From: Rubripirellula sp.
GTDB lineage: Bacteria; Planctomycetota; Planctomycetia; Pirellulales; Pirellulaceae
Reading direction: 5' to 3'
DNA length: 64,000 bases
NCBI GenBank assembly: GCA_965216875.1
Contig: OZ244207.1
Coordinates: 96,001 to 160,000 of the forward strand
Shown here: piece by piece, positions 41,187 to 50,861 of the stretch
Layout of the letters: each line of letters begins with the position of its first letter
Position numbering within the stretch: the stretch's first letter is position 1
The notes under the pieces: generated by a model
The model's input: the letters and a program-made list of their open reading frames with translations, nothing else
The model's database searches: none
Told to the model about the DNA's origin: nothing
Program-made: the position numbers and the translations under genes

Positions 41187-42584
41187 TTACGCCAAGATGC
41201 TGTGAGCGACTTTGCCCGCGACATTGGTCAACCGAAAGTCTCTGCCAGCGTATCGGTAGGTGAGCTTTTCATGATCGAGACCGAGTAGATGCAGGATCGT
41301 CGCATGCCAATCATGCGTGTGCATGCGATCTTCAACCGCTTCGTAGCCAAGGTCGTCCGTTGCACCATAACTAAAGCCGCCCTTCACACCTGCACCCGCC
41401 ATCCAAGACGCGTACCCCTTGCTGTTGTGGCCGCGACCACTGCCCGTCCCATGTGGCGTGCGTCCAAATTCGCCGGCCCAGATCACAAGTGTGTCTTTTA
41501 GCAGGCCGCGTTGCTTCAAGTCGGCCAGCAAACCCGCAATCGGTTTGTCGACTGCCGAGCAGGATTCGGGAAGACTCTCAGCAAGTCCCGAATGGTGATC
41601 CCAGCCACTGGTGCCGATTTCGATGAAACGAACTCCGGCTTCGGCCATGCGACGTGCAAGCAAGCACTGAGTCCCAAAGTTGTTGGTCGCGGGTTCGCCG
41701 ATGCCGTACATCGCTTTTGTCCTTTCGGACTCTTGTGACAACTCCATCACGTTGGGCATCGAAGATTGCATGCGGTAGGCCAACTCATACGATTGCATGA
41801 TGCCTTCGACTTGAGGCTGGTGGACCTCCTGGTTCAATGTTGCTTGGTTGAGTTTTTTGAGTAGGTCAAGCTGAGTGCGTTGTGAACGCGCGTCGAGTGA
41901 TGGGTTGCTGATGTTGGGAATGGATTCGTCCGAGGAGGTCGCGCCGCGTGCACCACGTCCCGATCCGCCAGTCCCCGCGTTCACGTTGGTCGCTTGATAC
42001 CGCGCCGGCAGGAACGAACTGCCGTAACAAACGCCGCCCGCGCGACCCTCTTGGCCCATCATGACGAAGCCGGGCAAATCGGCGTTATCGGTCCCCAATC
42101 CATAGACACTCCACGCTCCCAGTGACGGACGAACAAACTGCGCTGATCCCGTATGGGCGGCGCGTTCCGCGGTCGGATGGTTGGGTTGGTCACACGCCAT
42201 GCTGCGGATCAAACAGAGATCATCCGCGTGGTTGGCGACATGAGGAAACAGATCCGAAATCCACAGACCACTTTGTCCACGTTGGCGAAATGGCGAGATG
42301 GGAGCCATCATGCGTCCGGACCGCCCACCGGCTTGCCCATCAGCCTTGATCAGTTGGGGCTTGTAGTCGAACGTGTCGACATGGGAGGGCGCCCCATTCA
42401 TAAACAGCATGATCACGCGTTTGGCACGAGCCGGGAAGTGTGTGTCCCGCGGCGCAAGCGGATTGTCACGCGAGCCTACACCGAGGGCGTCGCGTGTGGC
42501 CATCGCGGCGAAAGCGAGCGAACCGAAGCCCGTCGAAATGGTTTGAATCGCTTGTCGACGATTGATCTTGTTCATTGGAATCAC
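41187..42584 (-). CDS. DUF1501 domain protein (Tat-exported)
   Basis: NRRQAIQ, RAKRVIMLFMNGAPSHVDTFDYKP, WDHH, GEFGRTP, WHATILHLLG. Confidence 0.93.
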   Translation of the reverse strand: MIPMNKINRRQAIQTISTGFGSLAFAAMATRDALGVGSRDNPLAPRDTHFPARAKRVIMLFMNGAPSHVDTFDYKPQLIKADGQAGGRSGRMMAPISPFRQRGQSGLWISDLFPHVANHADDLCLIRSMACDQPNHPTAERAAHTGSAQFVRPSLGAWSVYGLGTDNADLPGFVMMGQEGRAGGVCYGSSFLPARYQATNVNAGTGGSGRGARGATSSDESIPNISNPSLDARSQRTQLDLLKKLNQATLNQEVHQPQVEGIMQSYELAYRMQSSMPNVMELSQESERTKAMYGIGEPATNNFGTQCLLARRMAEAGVRFIEIGTSGWDHHSGLAESLPESCSAVDKPIAGLLADLKQRGLLKDTLVIWAGEFGRTPHGTGSGRGHNSKGYASWMAGAGVKGGFSYGATDDLGYEAVEDRMHTHDWHATILHLLGLDHEKLTYRYAGRDFRLTNVAGKVAHSILA

Positions 42585-42587
42585 CGA

Positions 42588-45137
42588 TTAATTCAAGATT
42601 CGAAAACGGGCACTCGCCATCAACGTTTGGCAGAACACGGCAAATGTTTGATTGTTGGCTGCGATGAATTGCGACGGTTCGGTCGTGCCACGCATCCCTC
42701 GCCGCCCACCGCGCGCACTGGGCGCACTGGGCCCGGATCCGCCACCTCGGTTCGAGCGTGCTCCGCCACGTCGGTTCGGGCGTGCTCCGTCAGTTCCAAC
42801 GGGTCGGCGACTGACCGCTGCACCGTCAACGCGGCCTACCAATTGGCCCGATGGCTTGAAGTCGCGAAAGAACTCGGCACTGGCTCGTCGTTCCTCTGCG
42901 GTAGCGGGGCGACCATACGCCCAAAGGAATGCCATGCGGATTTGGTCATCGAGGTTGCTGAAGTGTTGCTCAAGCGTCGCAGCCATTCCTTGGGCTTGTG
43001 TCGCAACGAAATCGCCATTCATGAGGTACAACGCCTGTGTCGGCACGATGGACTCGGAACGTCCGGCGCTAGGGATGTTGGGGTCTGGGAAATCGAAAAG
43101 GTCCAGCGCCGAGGGAAGATTGTCCCTGATGATCGGAAGGTAAACGGATCGATGCGGGGCCTCGGCAATCGCGTCGGCAGGGCCGCGTCGTCCGAGGGTG
43201 GATTGCGAATTCGAAGGACGCTCGAGCTCGATTCGACCTGACATCGCAAGCATGGCGTCACGCATCGATTCGGCATCGATCTGTCGCGAGTTGGCTCGCC
43301 ACAACAGCTTGTTGTCGGGATCGACTTCGTAGTTGGCGGCGTTGTATTTCGAACTTCGTTGGTAGGTTTCGGTCAGCACGATCTCGCGGATCATCGCCTT
43401 GATGCTCCAATTCTGATCCATGAATCGCGTCGCAAGATGATCCAGCAGAGCTTGGTTAGTCGGCGCCGTTCCCGCAAATCCAAAGTTCGTTGGTGTTTCC
43501 ACCAGCGGCTTACCGAGCAAGTGCATCCAGATTCGATTGACCATCACTCGAGCCGTCAATGGATTGCGTTTGGAGGTCATCGCCTTGGCAAGTTCCAATC
43601 GGCCGGATGCCGTGTCGCTACGAACTGTGAAGTTCAAGTCGCCAAACACCTGAACGAACCCGCGTGGTACTTCTTGAGCCGGCTTGTCGACTTCGCCGCC
43701 GATCAAGAGATTCGCGTTGACCATCTCACCGAGGTCTTGCACGCCCATCGCAAACGCTTTGGCCGACCCGTCAGGATTGAGAGCGGCAAGTTGAGTGGCA
43801 AGACGATTGCGGAGATTGCGGACCTGCCTACGATCCTTGCCCCGCATGTTCGCCATCTTTTGGTCAAGCTCGGCGATCCGCTGATTCAGAGCGGCCATCG
43901 ATGTGTTGCCGGATCTTGGCGAACTGGACGCTTTTGAAGCGGATTGCGATTCAGCACCCGGCAGCAATAGCAAGTCACTCGGACGATGGTTTTGCGCGAT
44001 GCGACTGGTGCCATAATAGGTTTTGGTGCTGTACATGATCCCCGCCAAAGCGTAGTAGTCGTCGGCTGGGATTGGATCGTATTTGTGGTCATGACATCGC
44101 GCGCATGCGACCGTCAAACCAAGTACCGACTGAGTCATCGTGTCGATCTGTTCGTCGACCATGTCGGACATGAACTTGCGAGGGTTCTTTTGGTCCTGGT
44201 GTTTCAAGCCGATGGCAAGAAACCCGGTTGCGATCAAGTTCTTCTGCCACTGCTCGTCGTTCTTCACCGGCAGCAAGTCGCCTGCGATTTGTTCGGTGAT
44301 GAAGCGATCGTAGGGTGTGTCTGCGTTGAACGAATCGATGACATAGTTTCGATATCGCCATGCATGTGGGTATGGCACGTTGCGCGAACCGGACGATTCG
44401 GCATAACGAGCAACATCCAACCAATGGCGTCCCCATCGTTCGCCGTATTGAGGTCGATCCAAGAGTTCATCGACTTTCGCTTTGACCGCTCCGTCGGGAT
44501 CGCTACGGAAAGCAACGACAAACGCTTCAATCTCCTTTGGCATCGGCGGCAGACCGATCAAATCAAAATAGATGCGGCGTACTAACGAATAGGCGTCCGC
44601 TGGTTCGGACGCGAGCAAACCCTCGGCGGCAAGTTTTTCTTCAACAAGAGCATCGATCGTGGCCGTGGGACGACGTTTGGGCGGTTGGAATGCCCAGTGC
44701 TCCTTACGTCCCTGCTCGATCTCTTTCGCTGTGATTTTGGTTTTGAATTCGAGCAGTTCGCGGACTCGTGGGTCGGGTGCTCCCATGTCGATCCACTGTT
44801 TGAACTTCGCAATCACCGATGCAGGCATCTTTTCACTGGGCGGCATTTCGTAGCCGTCCCAATTGATCGCTTCCCATAGCAGGCTCTGCTCGGCATCGCC
44901 GGGGACGACGGCCGGGCCATTGTCCCCGCCCTGCAAGAGCCCGATTCGTGAATCGACCAGCAAACCTGCACGACTATCGCCCGCCTCGACGCTATGGCAG
45001 TCGTAGCAATACTTGACCAACGCCGGGCGGATGTTCGTTTCGAAGAATTTGATTTGGGCAGTCGTTGGCTGCTGGGCCTGGGCAGGCTCCGGCGCCGCCA
45101 ACAGGGCCACGGCCAACGCAAGAACGATGTTCTTCAT
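42588..45137 (-). CDS. PSD1 and planctomycete cytochrome c domain protein
   Basis: Signal peptide; [58 protein letters not shown]. Confidence 0.93.
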   Translation of the reverse strand: MKNIVLALAVALLAAPEPAQAQQPTTAQIKFFETNIRPALVKYCYDCHSVEAGDSRAGLLVDSRIGLLQGGDNGPAVVPGDAEQSLLWEAINWDGYEMPPSEKMPASVIAKFKQWIDMGAPDPRVRELLEFKTKITAKEIEQGRKEHWAFQPPKRRPTATIDALVEEKLAAEGLLASEPADAYSLVRRIYFDLIGLPPMPKEIEAFVVAFRSDPDGAVKAKVDELLDRPQYGERWGRHWLDVARYAESSGSRNVPYPHAWRYRNYVIDSFNADTPYDRFITEQIAGDLLPVKNDEQWQKNLIATGFLAIGLKHQDQKNPRKFMSDMVDEQIDTMTQSVLGLTVACARCHDHKYDPIPADDYYALAGIMYSTKTYYGTSRIAQNHRPSDLLLLPGAESQSASKASSSPRSGNTSMAALNQRIAELDQKMANMRGKDRRQVRNLRNRLATQLAALNPDGSAKAFAMGVQDLGEMVNANLLIGGEVDKPAQEVPRGFVQVFGDLNFTVRSDTASGRLELAKAMTSKRNPLTARVMVNRIWMHLLGKPLVETPTNFGFAGTAPTNQALLDHLATRFMDQNWSIKAMIREIVLTETYQRSSKYNAANYEVDPDNKLLWRANSRQIDAESMRDAMLAMSGRIELERPSNSQSTLGRRGPADAIAEAPHRSVYLPIIRDNLPSALDLFDFPDPNIPSAGRSESIVPTQALYLMNGDFVATQAQGMAATLEQHFSNLDDQIRMAFLWAYGRPATAEERRASAEFFRDFKPSGQLVGRVDGAAVSRRPVGTDGARPNRRGGARSNRGGGSGPSAPSARGGRRGMRGTTEPSQFIAANNQTFAVFCQTLMASARFRILN

Positions 45138-45319
45138 GATTGAATCCCTAGGAAAAGGCGACGCCAGCTGGCTCTACAGTCAAAAACGGACCGATGGCTG
45201 GAACAGCGACAGCACGGTCGATTTTTTTTGAGGATCTCGATCACGCCGCGGCGGCCCTGCGGGGAACTGCCTGAGGACGGACGGTGGTCGGACGGTGGTC
45301 GGACGGCTCGTGGGGGATT

Positions 45320-45358
45320 GCCGGATCTGCGTCGCTGTCGCTCCTTGATCCGGCCTAC
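45320..45358 (-). repeat. Family E REP unit (GTAGGCCGGATC...GATCCGGC)
   Basis: Reverse complement matches 54472-54510 with one mismatch in 39 bp. Confidence 0.85.
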
Positions 45359-45469
45359 AAAACACTACAACCGTTTCGATCGTTGGGACTCGACTTTGGC
45401 GCGGCACGGGGCATGAAAGCGACCTACCTTTGAGCGTATTGCACGTTCACTCGGTGGAAATCGCCCGTC

Positions 45470-46909
45470 ATGACATCGTCGACCCCCATTCCTTGGAAAC
45501 ACATTCGCAACGTTTTGGTGCTGTTTGCACCCCTTTGGGTCGGTGCAACGTTGCTGTTTGGCGTGTCGGGCGCGTGCTATTCCTTTTTGCGAGCTGACGT
45601 TTGGCAAGCACGCCAAGCGCTTGTCGTGCGAGACGAAGCGACCAGCGCCGTGGATCGCCTCGGACGTTTCAGCAGTCAGGCCGAGTTGAAGGCAGCTCAA
45701 GAAACGATTCTCGAAATGGCACAGAACCCCGAAGTTGTCGGCGCGGCCTTGCGCCAAATCGGACCGCCCGATGGCGATGATGCGGGTTGGCCATCAAGCA
45801 AAGTGATCGACGGCATCGCGGCAGATTGTGTCAACATCGTCGCGCCAAAGGGATCTGAATTTGGCAATAGCGAAGTCATTTACCTGCAAGTCAAGAGTGA
45901 CGACAAAGAACGCGCGATCGAGTTTTGCGAAGCGATGTTCGATAGTTTGACAGCCCAACTTCAAAACGTACGGCGTGTTCGCGCCGATAGCGTGATTGCG
46001 GAATTGTCTTTGGCACGCGACCTAGCTGAAAGAAACTTGGACGATGCTTCCGAGCGGATAAGGCAGATCGAAGTTCAGTTCGGTTCCGACCTCGGCGAGC
46101 TTCGTAACTTGAATGACACCATTTCGGGTGACGGAACGAACCGTCGTACCCTCGAACAAACCACCATAGAACGGCAAACCGCCGAGTTGGAATTGGATCG
46201 ACTCGAAGCGTTGCACGAATTGTTGACCGCCGGAGCCGATAACCCACAACATCTTTTGATCAGTGGCGGTGACCTCTTGGCAAGTCAACCATCGCTTCAA
46301 CGGTTGAAAGACGGATTGATTGATGCACAGCTTGCAGCCAGTCAACTGTCGGGAATCTATACCGCCGAGAATCCGAAACATCGCGCTGCTGTCGCTGCAG
46401 AAAAAGAGATCACTCGACGTATGCAACAGGAAGCGGCTGCGGTGATCCGCGCGATGGAACCTTCGCTGCGGCTTGCACGCCAACGGGTTGCGCGTCTTGC
46501 CGAACGCCAAGCAACGTTAACAAATCGATTGGCCGAGCTCGCACAAGCCCGCACCGACTACGCCAAGATCGATGCCGAAGTCAAAAACCGAACCCGTCAC
46601 CTTTCCGACTCCGAGCAAGCGCTCACCGAGGCGCAAGCGTCACGTTCGGCCGCGCTGGCAACGAACCTGATTGCGGAACTCGCTCCTCCACGTGTCGCGG
46701 ATGATCCCATCGGTCCCGGCGGAAGCCAACTGACACTCGGTTCGTCGATGGCGGGGCTCGTGTTTGGACTCGGAACGGTATTCCTGGTCGCGCCAGGTCC
46801 CACCGAGACGCGAGGTCGACGACGATGGAGTGACTACCTTAGCGGTGGCCGCCGAGCGACCGACAATCCCGGCACCTCCGATGGTGTCGATCGTCGACAG
46901 GGCGCATAG
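45470..46909 (+). CDS. GumC/Wzz-Wzc-like polysaccharide co-polymerase (chain-length determinant), no kinase domain
   Basis: Two TM helices flanking a long periplasmic coiled coil; YTAENPK motif; Pro-rich segment before the Gly-rich second TM. Confidence 0.75.
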   Translation: MTSSTPIPWKHIRNVLVLFAPLWVGATLLFGVSGACYSFLRADVWQARQALVVRDEATSAVDRLGRFSSQAELKAAQETILEMAQNPEVVGAALRQIGPPDGDDAGWPSSKVIDGIAADCVNIVAPKGSEFGNSEVIYLQVKSDDKERAIEFCEAMFDSLTAQLQNVRRVRADSVIAELSLARDLAERNLDDASERIRQIEVQFGSDLGELRNLNDTISGDGTNRRTLEQTTIERQTAELELDRLEALHELLTAGADNPQHLLISGGDLLASQPSLQRLKDGLIDAQLAASQLSGIYTAENPKHRAAVAAEKEITRRMQQEAAAVIRAMEPSLRLARQRVARLAERQATLTNRLAELAQARTDYAKIDAEVKNRTRHLSDSEQALTEAQASRSAALATNLIAELAPPRVADDPIGPGGSQLTLGSSMAGLVFGLGTVFLVAPGPTETRGRRRWSDYLSGGRRATDNPGTSDGVDRRQGA

Positions 46910-46912
46910 GTA

Positions 46913-47335
46913 TTGATGAGCGGCAACGTCCCCACTGATGCTGACAGCACATTCGTCTCTCGAACGACTTGTGCAGTGCTGACCTACGTCGGTGTGCTCG
47001 GATTGTTGCTGGTCGTGACATCGACGACCGTGCTGCCGCATAGTCAAGCATTCGTTTGGGCTGCATTCAACGCACACTGGCAGGCACGCGTTGTACGCGG
47101 CCACGGTGCGAGCGAACGCTCAGCAACACCGCTGCCACATCAAGTCATCTGCACGCTCATCATCTTGATGTTGTCGCTGATTTCGATTCCGCTGCATCTG
47201 CTGGCACCAACGACCTTTCCCGAATGGTACGTGGGGCCAGCGATGACGGCGATCGTTTGGCCGATGTTTGCGGTCATGGATGCGATCGCAGGTCCGGTGA
47301 TGCGAAGAGCTTATCCCAGCAACGCGGCTAGTTGA
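46913..47335 (+). CDS. Hypothetical membrane protein
   Basis: Three hydrophobic segments; starts 3 nt after the upstream stop. Confidence 0.55.
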   Translation: MMSGNVPTDADSTFVSRTTCAVLTYVGVLGLLLVVTSTTVLPHSQAFVWAAFNAHWQARVVRGHGASERSATPLPHQVICTLIILMLSLISIPLHLLAPTTFPEWYVGPAMTAIVWPMFAVMDAIAGPVMRRAYPSNAAS

Positions 47336-47906
47336 TCTTGACCTCGATCGTTCCACCTGCAGCTGGTAGCTCGATCACGGCTTCTTCAAAGGACGGTGGG
47401 CCGGTGAGTCCGCGTGCGCCGCGCGAGTAACCATAGCTTTCGGTCGGGATGCCAAAGCCATTGCGGTTGAGCTCGCCGTTGTTGTCTTCGTCGTGATAGG
47501 CTGCCACCGCGAGCCGCTCTGGCAATGCGTCTCGTTCAACCACCCACGATGCGATCCCCTCTTCAATGTGGACCGAATTTAATTGGCTCGCTTGTTCCTT
47601 GCGATTGAATGCCTCGGATGCGCCGTAAACTGCGATCATCATCATGCCCTGACTGTTTGATGCGCCGGTGACTCGGATCATCACCGTGCCTTCGAGTTCG
47701 TCGGGCTGTGCTTCCACCACAGGAATCGCACTCCCGTCAGGAAAACGGGGTGGCACGAATCGCAATTGACGGTAGGCCAAAATGCTAGCACCGACCAAAA
47801 AAATGACGATCACGAACGCAACCAAGAAGTTACCGTGATTCTCTTGCCATGCGGTTGGCGGCTCAGGTGTGGTCGGCTCGCCATCAATCGTCGAAGGGGT
47901 AGACAT
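47328..47906 (-). CDS. DUF2141 domain protein with N-terminal TM anchor
   Basis: AVAAYHDEDNNGELNRNGFGIPTESYGYS...GPPSFEEA. Start moved to 47906. Confidence 0.88.
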   Translation of the reverse strand: MSTPSTIDGEPTTPEPPTAWQENHGNFLVAFVIVIFLVGASILAYRQLRFVPPRFPDGSAIPVVEAQPDELEGTVMIRVTGASNSQGMMMIAVYGASEAFNRKEQASQLNSVHIEEGIASWVVERDALPERLAVAAYHDEDNNGELNRNGFGIPTESYGYSRGARGLTGPPSFEEAVIELPAAGGTIEVKIN

Positions 47907-48280
47907 AAATGGAGATACTAGGCGTCTGAAAAGGAAGCCGCGGCTCACGGGAAGCGGCTGCGGGGGCACCCCCGATTATCTCCCAAAACAGGGCGATTCA
48001 TCAACAGCCTGGCCCCTCTGCGGAAGCGGACGTACGGAGTCTATCACGAAAGTGCAGCTGATTAGAGCGTGGGGCGCCGTCGATTGGCCCACAATGGCGC
48101 GCCCGCCTTCTGGGGAAGGTCACTGGAGCGTGCTTTGGGGCGAGCAATTTCTCCTCTGGCGTTCGCCATCAGAAAAAGCCGAAAGTACCCGTGGAATCGC
48201 GCTGCTCGTTGACTTCGCATTACGCTTCCTCAACCAGCTGGGCTTTTAGGCTGTGTACCAATCCGGACATTGATCTCACG

Positions 48281-49213
48281 ATGACTTCGGCTGTCGATAT
48301 CAACCAAGTGCGAAAATCGTTTGGCGCCATCGATGCGCTTCGTGGGATGACTTTTTCAGTCCCTGAGGGCCAACGCGTCGCCTTGCTGGGGCCCAACGGG
48401 GCGGGAAAAACCACGCTTGTGCGGTGCCTTTGCGGCCGAACCAAGCTCAACTCGGGTTCGATCGATCTTTTCGGTGCACCGGCGACCGATGCGACCATCG
48501 CGACGACGATCGGTTTGGTCCCTCAGGAAATCGCACTCTACGGTGACTTGACCACTCGCGAAAACCTCTGGGCCTTTGGGCGGTTTTCGGGTCTAAAACG
48601 CAACGAGCTGCGCCATCGAGTTGACTGGGCACTCGCCTGGACCGGATTGGAAGATCGAGCGGGCGATTTGGTCGGCACGTTTTCTGGCGGGATGCAGCGC
48701 CGGGTCAACCTCGCTTGCGGCGTGATGCATCGCCCACGCGTGTTGCTATTGGATGAACCAACCGTCGGAGTCGACCCGCAAAGCCGTCAACGCATCTTCG
48801 AAATGCTTGATGAGTTGAATCAGCTTGGCACCACGATCTTATTGACGACACATCATCTGGATGAAGCTCAGCAGCGCAGTGATCGGATCGTGATCGTGGA
48901 CAAGGGCCAAGTGATCGCTGATGGAACATTGGACGAATTGATCGACAAGACGGTTGGCAGTCAGCGAATGGTCAGCCTGAGAATTGATCGGCCGCTGAGT
49001 CAACCGATCATGTCGCATGCCGCTGGCAAGCATCCTCTTGGGCGAACCGGGCAACAGGTCGTTTCCACTCGAATCCAAAACGCGTCGCACGAGTTGCCAA
49101 TGTTGCTCGACGCCGCACGGCAATCGGGTTACGAAGTATCCGACGTTCAAGTGCATTCACCAACATTGCACCACGTGTTTCTCCACCTGACCGGACACGA
49201 GCTGCGTGATTGA
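48281..49213 (+). CDS. ABC-2 type (DrrA-like) exporter ATP-binding protein
   Basis: GPNGAGKTT, FSGGMQRR, LLLDEPTVGVDPQSR, TTH, TLHHVFLHLTG. Confidence 0.93.
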   Translation: MTSAVDINQVRKSFGAIDALRGMTFSVPEGQRVALLGPNGAGKTTLVRCLCGRTKLNSGSIDLFGAPATDATIATTIGLVPQEIALYGDLTTRENLWAFGRFSGLKRNELRHRVDWALAWTGLEDRAGDLVGTFSGGMQRRVNLACGVMHRPRVLLLDEPTVGVDPQSRQRIFEMLDELNQLGTTILLTTHHLDEAQQRSDRIVIVDKGQVIADGTLDELIDKTVGSQRMVSLRIDRPLSQPIMSHAAGKHPLGRTGQQVVSTRIQNASHELPMLLDAARQSGYEVSDVQVHSPTLHHVFLHLTGHELRD

Positions 49214-50444
49214 GGGTGCAATGGTCTTCGAAGTCTTTCTCACCAATGTTCGTCGTTTGCTACACAACCGCGTGGAGCTCGTGCTGACGTTTGTCGTTCC
49301 AATCGCATTCTTCAGCGTCTTTGCCGTGATCTTTGGCGGTGGCGTCGGCAGCGGCGCGACTCCAAAACTACGCGTGGTGATCACTGACGACGTGCAATCG
49401 CCGCAAAGCGAGGCCGTTCTCAGTCAACTCGAACAGGGTTCGACGTTTCGGTTGATGAACGAAGGCGAATCCAAAACCACACTGACGCGCGAAGAGTGCC
49501 AACAACTTGTTCGTCGCGGCAACGCGACGCTTGCGATTCGCTTGCAAGAAAAGGATGGACGCCTCCATGCCGAAATCCTCAGCGACGCGTCAGACCAGAT
49601 CGCGGGCCAAGTCGCCAGCGCGGTGGTCAGCAAAGCGCTCTTGATCGTCGAAGCAAAGCAACGCATGTCTGCCTCAAAGTCAATCACCCAGCACATGCCA
49701 TCGGTGGTCGCCGACACGACGCCCCAATACGATCCCGCACCCGAGCATGCTCCCGCAGCCGAAGTCGATCCCGCGCCAGAGCAAGCGGGTGACATCGCGA
49801 GCCCCGTCGAGTTGGTCGATGTGATGGCGAAGGGAAAGTCGAATCCTGTGGTCAGTATGTACGCCGCGGGGATCGCGGTGATGTTTCTCCTCTTTGGCGC
49901 GACCTCGGGCGGCGGCGCGCTGCTTGAAGAACGCGAGAACCGCACACTCGACCGATTGTTGTCTACCAAAATGACCATGGACCATTTGATCCTTGGCAAG
50001 TGGTTCTACTTGTCCGCAATCGGTGTGTTGCAAGTATCGGTGATGTTTGTTTGGGCGCAGATCGTATTTGGCGTCGATCTGCTGGGCCACTTGGATGGCT
50101 TCTTGATGATGACCGTCGTGACCGCATCGGCTGCCTCCGCGTTTGGTTTGTTGTTGGCGACGCTTTGCAAAACGCGCGGACAGCTCAACGGTCTGTCAGT
50201 GATCCTTGTGCTGACGATGAGCGCATTGGGCGGTTCGATGGTGCCGCGATACGTGATGAGCGAGTCGTTGCAGGAAATCGGTTTGTGGACGTTCAATGCT
50301 TGGGCGCTCGACGGCTACAACAAAGTCTTTTGGCGCGACCTTCCTGCCGCATCCCTGGCGCCACAACTTGCCGTCCTGCTCACCACCGCAATCGTCTTGC
50401 TGGTCACCGCTCGCGTGCTCGCGATCTCGTGGGAACGCGAGTAG
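49206..50444 (+). CDS. ABC-2 type exporter permease
   Basis: N-terminal TM, extracytoplasmic loop, EERENRTLDRLL, ALGGSMVP, five C-terminal TMs; overlaps the ATPase stop. Confidence 0.92.
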   Translation: MIEGAMVFEVFLTNVRRLLHNRVELVLTFVVPIAFFSVFAVIFGGGVGSGATPKLRVVITDDVQSPQSEAVLSQLEQGSTFRLMNEGESKTTLTREECQQLVRRGNATLAIRLQEKDGRLHAEILSDASDQIAGQVASAVVSKALLIVEAKQRMSASKSITQHMPSVVADTTPQYDPAPEHAPAAEVDPAPEQAGDIASPVELVDVMAKGKSNPVVSMYAAGIAVMFLLFGATSGGGALLEERENRTLDRLLSTKMTMDHLILGKWFYLSAIGVLQVSVMFVWAQIVFGVDLLGHLDGFLMMTVVTASAASAFGLLLATLCKTRGQLNGLSVILVLTMSALGGSMVPRYVMSESLQEIGLWTFNAWALDGYNKVFWRDLPAASLAPQLAVLLTTAIVLLVTARVLAISWERE

Positions 50445-50552
50445 GGCTGGCTGCAAGCGGTCGTTTCTAACAAGCTACCCGTTCGTAGTACCGAGCTTTA
50501 GCCGGGATCTTCTGCCGGTCGACCCTGCTTTCGAGGAGAGGCTGCGATTCTC

Positions 50553-50670
50553 TGTGAGCCGAACGCGCTAGCGTCGGGCCTTGGTACCCATCGTTGCGAC
50601 GCTCGCCAGAGCTTGGTGACTGTGGAAAGCGGTCTAACGATAAAAGCCACCTTCTGGCGAAGGTAGCTAC
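50553..50670. repeat. Family A unit plus family B doublet
   Basis: TGTGAGCCGAACGCGCTAGCGTCGGGCC 50553-50580; arms 50593-50616 and 50647-50670 with a 30-nt spacer. Confidence 0.85.
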
Positions 50671-50861
50671 GGGCGCGGGAAAAGCTTGGAAAGGACGTGG
50701 TGCGAAGGGCGAATTGCAAGCACTCTCTCCTGCCGATACGGCATGGGACGGCGAACAAAAATCGCGCATAATGCCCTCTCAGAGTTTGCCAAAGGAGTGC
50801 GGTGATCTACCAACAGGACTCCTTTGGGTGGTAGTTCACACAACTTCAGGGATGAATCGGC

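Noticed and set aside
1181..43241. Long antisense ORFs such as 1181..2158, 2600..3472, 11286..12188, 22681..23706, 23887..25020, 39476..40450 and 42153..43241
   Set aside because: They are shadows of well-supported genes on the opposite strand in GC-rich DNA and carry no recognisable motifs.
45275..45306. Short tandem GGACGGTGGTC x2.5 and ORF 45180..45407
   Set aside because: Too short to assign a function, and the ORF overlaps a REP unit with no protein-like features.
48281..50444. This ABC transporter as the missing pump of the TolC/HlyD locus
   Set aside because: It is an ABC-2/DrrAB-type exporter 8 kb away with unrelated genes in between, not a HlyB/PCAT or MacB type. A link cannot be strictly excluded.
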